Shown here: in pieces, positions 60,379 through 64,000 of the stretch
Numbering within the stretch: the stretch's first letter is position 1
How the letters are laid out: each line of letters begins with the position of its first letter
Assembly (NCBI GenBank): GCA_964188305.1
Contig: OZ076885.1
DNA: 64,000 nucleotides
Strand: one strand, 5' to 3'
Source of the DNA: Podarcis bocagei
Taxonomy: Eukaryota
Notes under the pieces: model-generated
The model's database searches: none
Seen by the model: the letters and a program-made list of their open reading frames with translations, nothing else
What the model was told of the DNA's origin: nothing
Program-made: the position numbers and the translations under genes

Positions 60379-63300
60379 ATGATTCCCAGAGTCTCATTCT
60401 TGCTGCTCTCAATCCTACTGGGAATTCTGGGGATCTTGTGTGTGGTGTTCACAGTCTACTGGACCCAACACTGGCTTGGTGGCTTTGCCTGGGATGGTTC
60501 TTCTCAGATGTTTAACTGGCATCCAGTTTTCATGGTGACAGGCATGTTGGTCTTGACTGGTGCAGGTAAGTGAAAAGAGGATCCAATCCTTTTCTGATTT
60601 CCCCTCCTCCTGCCCCAGTAGCAGAACCGATATTAACATCCTATACAGTGGTATCTCGGGTTAAGAACTTAATTTGTTCTGGAGGTCTGTTTTTAACCTG
60701 AAACTGTTCTTAACCTGAAGTACCACTTTAGCTAATGGGGCCTCCCGCTGCCACCGCACGATTTCTGTTCTCATCCTGAAGCAAAGTTCTTAACCCGAGG
60801 TACTCTTTCTGGGTTTGCTGAGTCTGTACCCTGAAGCATCTGTAACCTGAGATACCACTGTATCCTTTTAAGTGTGTTTGTGGGGGGGGGGGGTTATTTT
60901 ATTATGTATCTTGTGTTTTTATCTTGTGTTTTTATGCTGTGAACCAGCCTGAGATCATTGGCTGAAGGGCAGTATACAAAACAAGCAAACCTGGGAATCA
61001 GTGACTTGGCTATTTTGGCGGGGATGTGGGACGGGTGCCTGAGCCATCTTGGCTCTAGTGACTTCTCCCCCTCTTTCTCCTCCAGCGGTGCTGGTGTATC
61101 GCATGCCCCTCTCTTGGTCGGGGCCCAAACTGCCATGGAAGCTGCTGCATGCAGGACTGACCTTGGCAGCATTCATCCTAATTGTCCTGGGACTGGTGGC
61201 CGTCTTTGAATATCACAACAAACAGGGCATTGCCAACATGTACTCCCTTCACAGCTGGCTAGGGCTTGGTGCTGTGCTGCTCTTCTCCTGTCAGGTGGGT
61301 AAGAACCTAAGAAGCTGTAGCTTGGTGGCAGAGCACATACTTTGCATCGGGTGTGGGGAACATTCACCCTCCAGATGTTGCGGAACTACACTTCTCATCA
61401 TCCCTGAGTATTGGCCGTGCTTGCTAGGGCAAATGGGAGTTGCTGTGCTGCAACATCTGAGGGCCAAATTTCCCCCTCCCCTGTTTTACATGCAGAGGGT
61501 ACTTGGTTCAGTCCCAGTCACTTTTATGTAGGGTCGGAGCAGGGGGAAACCTGTCTGAAACTGCCGCTTTTAGTGTTCGGGAGGGATACACAATCTTCAG
61601 GTTTGTTGGATCTACTTTGGTTGTTTTTCTTCACAAGAATCCCAAGAGCAACCAACCAGAGCTAGGTGCAAAAGACATATTTGGAATTAAATAAGGTGGT
61701 TGCCTCCTAGCACAATCTCAGCCCATGAATCCCAGTACTGAGAAAGTTGCCATTTGTAGATCTAACCTCCTTGAATTCATCGTAATACTTCTAAAAACAA
61801 AGTATTTTGGTGGGTTGTCACCAGTGCTTTTTTCTGGGGGACACAGGTGTACGCATACCCCTAAACATTTTGTGAATTTAATTTTGGCCTCATTGAGGGG
61901 CAATATTTCAATATTAATAGGAAAATGAGAGTACTCCTAAACATTTTTTTAAAGAAAAAAAGCACTGGTTGTCACCCACATTGCATAGAAAATATACTTT
62001 TGTCTTAAACCTGCGGCCTGACACTTCTTGTATTTTGTGAGAGTGAATAATTTGTTCTAGCCACCCTTTTCATAAATATTAGGTTTCCTCCCTCTTGGGT
62101 AATCCCCCCCTTAACCCCTTCACCATGTGCACATGCGGTATTAAAAGTTTGTTTCAAACATTTTATTTGTTTTATTTAAAATGTTGTCTGTAAAAGCGCA
62201 GTAGATATTTGAAAAAAACTAACCTAAATTGTTCACTGGTGGCTGTCTATCTCCCCCCCCTCCCAAGCTCTCATAGCTAGTTTGAGATTTTAGATCATGA
62301 ATATAATAAAACAAATACTTCTGCAAATCTGGTTTCTGCATTACTTGTGCTCAGTCCCTGTGCAGATACCATGCTGAGCCCTTCCTCCAATATGGGTTTC
62401 TGAAAATATCCCAATTTCTTATCTCTTCCATCCAGTGGGCCATGGGCTTTGCTTCTTTCTTGCTGCCTTGGGCTCCCACCTGGTTCCGAGCCTTGTACAA
62501 GCCCATCCATGTCTTCTTTGGCTCTGCCATCATCCCTTTAGTTGTGGCCGCCTGCATCTCCGGCATCAATGAGAAGCTTTTCTTCAAACTGTGAGTAGCA
62601 AAACAGAGAGGGCTTGATAATGGGAGGAGGAAATAGCACGCGCTAAAAAGACAATGGAGAATATGTTGCTGGTTATTTACACTGGAGAGAGTTGGCAGTC
62701 TTCTGGGGTACAAATAATGAGGGATGAAGAGGCAGCTGCTCAGCCTGGTCCAGATCGATAGCAGTCATTATAAGTTTGAAAGCAATGATAGCTTTGAGAC
62801 CAGGAATAAGGAACATATAGTTCAGCAACATTTGAAAGGCCACTGGTTCCCCATCCCTGTTTTAGAAGTACAGAAGGGAAATGTGTCCACAAGGCAATGG
62901 GGAACCTGAGAATGCGGTTAAACCACATGTAGCAGAAGCAGATGGGAATGTGGAGCTAGTGTCTGGAGGCTTGCAATGTGAAGATAGTGTTCTGCTCAAT
63001 AGGTCATTGTACACATTTCCTTGAATATAAGATGTGCTCCAGCCTCGAGCCCAAATGCATTACTTGGGTGTCTGGGACAGCAGAATGGCTATTGGAGCAA
63101 TGCTACATATGGTGAAAGAGATTATGTGGCTTAATATAGATTGTTGGCACTATCCAGATATTTCCTTCTTTATGGGTCTCTGGGGAGGTGTTTGTGGTGC
63201 TATTGGCTTTTCATCAAGCATTTTTGCCTTTTGTCTGTACTTTTAGAACAAGCACAACCACACCCTACTCTCAGCTTCCTGCAGAGGCATGGTTTGCCAA

Positions 63301-63403
63301 CATATTGGGGATGCTGATCCTGGTCTTTGGGCTACTGGTGCTGTTTGCCCTTGCCATGCCAGTATGGAAGCGTCCAGATGTGAATTCGCAAGATACCCAA
63401 GAG
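60379..63403 (+). CDS. CYB561A3: Lysosomal cytochrome b561 family member A3 (3' partial; last exon beyond the window)
   Basis: Exons 60379-60565, 61086-61294, 62436-62590, 63247-63403. Four heme-ligand His motifs: FNWHP, KLLHA, YSLHSW, KPIHV. Head-to-head with TMEM138 as in mammals. Confidence 0.93.
60646..60860. mobile_element. Tc1/mariner MITE, same family as 8775-9000, opposite orientation
   Basis: TIR CAGTGGTATCTC...GAGATACCACTG, TA TSD; internal sequence is similar to the reverse complement of the 8775 copy. Confidence 0.85.
61822..61967. mobile_element. hAT-type MITE
   Basis: TIR CAGTGCTTTTTT / AAAAAAGCACTG; 8-bp TSD GTTGTCAC at 61814-61821 and 61968-61975. Confidence 0.85.
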
Positions 63404-63484
63404 GTGGTATTATTATTATTATTATTGGCCTTTAATATTTATTTATTTTACTACAACTATGTCCTGCCTATCCTTCAAGGCATC

Positions 63485-63660
63485 ACACAAGGTTTTCTGT
63501 CTCCCCCACTACCATTTATCCTAACAACAACCCTGTGAGGCAGGTTAGGCTAAGAGGGACTGGCCAAAGTCACCCACTGAGCTACATGGCTGAGAGGGGA
63601 TTTGAACCTGGATCTTCTTGGTCCTAGTCCAGCACTCTAGTCACTACACCATACTGGCTC
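63485..63660 (-). mobile_element. tRNA-derived (MIR-like) SINE
   Basis: ACAACAACCCTGTGAGG...GATTTGAACC (reverse B-box). Related copies at about 2230-2435 and 10830-11020. Confidence 0.7.
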
Positions 63661-64000
63661 GAACCCACCAATGTATTGTGGCTTGTAATTCATGTCTGTT
63701 GAGTTTAAATGGTAGTGTGTACTAGCTTGGACAAAGTAGCGGAGGGATGGGGGAAGAATTTTTCAGAAAATGAAACTCTTGTTCAACTGTTGTTAGGATG
63801 AGAACAGTGTATTTTCGCTGTGTACACACAAGAGTTCCAAGTAGATTTGGTGCCTCCCATGTTTACATGTTGTTTTTTTCCTGCCATCCACATGATTTTA
63901 TCCTCCTTCAAGTAGAAACTTGCACCACCTCCCAATAATTCAGATTTATTTGATACACAGATAATGCAGTAAGGGGAAAAAAATCCAACATAAAACCACA

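Overview
This is vertebrate genomic DNA from a squamate reptile, judged from a Sauria SINE, a Bov-B LINE and Penelope-like repeats; a lacertid lizard is plausible but only inferred. It matches the amniote block SDHAF2(-) / CPSF7(+) / TMEM216(-) / TMEM138(-) / CYB561A3(+), which is human 11q12. I reconstructed the spliced models by hand from GT-AG junctions with consistent phases. The main surprise is an intact 7-exon, 494-aa fascin-family gene (35175-42396, +) between CPSF7 and TMEM216, where human has no fascin. It is divergent from FSCN1/2/3, has a different intron pattern, and lacks the residues equivalent to the fascin-1 phosphosites S39 and S274. Other observations: a candidate autoregulatory poison exon and UGUA-rich intronic poly(A) site in CPSF7; minimal hammerhead ribozyme cores in Penelope-like insertions, in sense orientation within CPSF7 and TMEM216 introns; RFX X-boxes at the ciliary genes; a very short TMEM138-TMEM216 spacer; and a CLEAR element upstream of CYB561A3. 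There is one 181-N assembly gap. Homology calls rest on recalled protein sequences, not database searches.
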